Shown here piece by piece: positions 4,724 to 5,077 of a DNA stretch of 5,077 bases. How positions within the stretch are numbered: the first letter of the stretch is position 1; every line of letters begins with the position of its first letter. Made by a program: the position numbers and the translations under genes. Origin of the DNA: an uncultured archaeon. GTDB lineage: Archaea; Asgardarchaeota; Jordiarchaeia; Jordiarchaeales; Jordiarchaeaceae. Under the pieces are notes generated by a model. That model searched no databases, was not told the DNA's origin, and was given only the letters and a program-made list of their open reading frames with translations. The stretch lies in assembly GCA_964510585.1 (NCBI GenBank), contig CAZECW010000185.1, positions 1 to 5,077 of the forward strand, read 5' to 3'.

Positions 4724-5077
4724 TGTTACCATTACCCCACAAAGTGTCTAACCAGTTTTGTACCATAATAATGAAATTATCAACTGGACTATTACCACTA
4801 AAAAGTACTTCCATATATCCCTGCTCAACTAGTTTATTCCTCATAAAATCAGGAAACGGATATTCAAGCGGTACAATACAATTTATACTCCCTTTAATAA
4901 TTATCTCTTCAATATTCCTTCCCTTTAAATTTGGGAAGATTACCTGTTCCGCATCGATATTTCTAAGCCTATCAACTAAATCAACATAATCTTCGAAGAT
5001 ATAAGCCCCTCGCTTCGATAAAACCTTTTTATTCTTTTTATTATTTAGTTTCTTTACTTCTCCAAGTACCTTCATTA
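4710..5077 (-). CDS. C-terminal part of a divergent TrmY-like (COG1901) SPOUT-fold protein; probably truncated by the window edge
   Basis: The frame is open beyond ATG 5075 (next upstream codon is xTA, not a stop). By eye it is colinear with the C-terminal half of TrmY as I recall it: SKRGAYI ~ STPGIYV; VIFPNLKGRNIEEIII ~ IYYLxxxGEDVENVEI; NCIVPLEYP ~ PVFIIGDHIG; DNFIIMVQNWLD ~ ANHCITIIHNVLD. It overlaps the pus10 start by 14 nt (TGA at 4712-4710); trmY-pus10 linkage is known in archaea. That the ORF is coding is more certain than the product call. Confidence 0.55.
   Translation of the reverse strand, partial: MKVLGEVKKLNNKKNKKVLSKRGAYIFEDYVDLVDRLRNIDAEQVIFPNLKGRNIEEIIIKGSINCIVPLEYPFPDFMRNKLVEQGYMEVLFSGNSPVDNFIIMVQNWLDTLWGNGNNGTD
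4734..4738 (-). promoter_or_regulatory. SD-like GGGGT for pus10, inside the end of the upstream ORF
   Basis: The - strand reads GTGGGGTA-ATG-GTA-ACA-ATG; spacing favours the second ATG (4723). Confidence 0.45.

Noticed and set aside
4218-4989. + strand ORFs 4218-4484 and 4723-4989
   Set aside because: Antisense shadows of pus10 and the TrmY-like ORF; Ser/Ile/Leu-rich composition typical of non-coding reverse frames.
1-5077. CRISPR array, tRNA/rRNA, IS element, intein or frameshifted gene
   Set aside because: No regularly spaced repeats, cloverleaf, transposase or intein motifs were seen; tiaS, dys and pus10 are uninterrupted and of normal length.

Overview
AT-rich archaeal chromosomal window (archaeal BRE/TATA promoters, GGTGA-type ribosome-binding site, archaea-specific tiaS). 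It is a neighbourhood of enzymes that modify the translation machinery, arranged as two convergent blocks. The + strand carries a stand-alone Lrp/AsnC ligand-binding-domain protein (280-519) and an 86-aa protein with 8 CxxC motifs (729-989). That protein is separated from tRNA(Ile2) agmatidine synthetase tiaS (990-2312) by one in-frame TAG only. The - strand carries a probably 5'-truncated, divergent TrmY-like SPOUT protein (4710 to window edge), tRNA pseudouridine 54/55 synthase pus10 (3380-4723) and a deoxyhypusine synthase family gene dys (2325-3257). I found no mobile element, CRISPR array, tRNA or rRNA. The best leads are: (i) the Zn-finger/TAG/tiaS in-frame junction; (ii) a TrmY-like protein beside pus10 that seems to have lost its SAM-binding motif; (iii) a DHS lacking several spermidine-binding residues and lying tail-to-tail with the agmatine-using TiaS; (iv) dyad and repeat elements over the tiaS operon promoter. 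Family calls rest on motifs recalled from memory; no database search was run.
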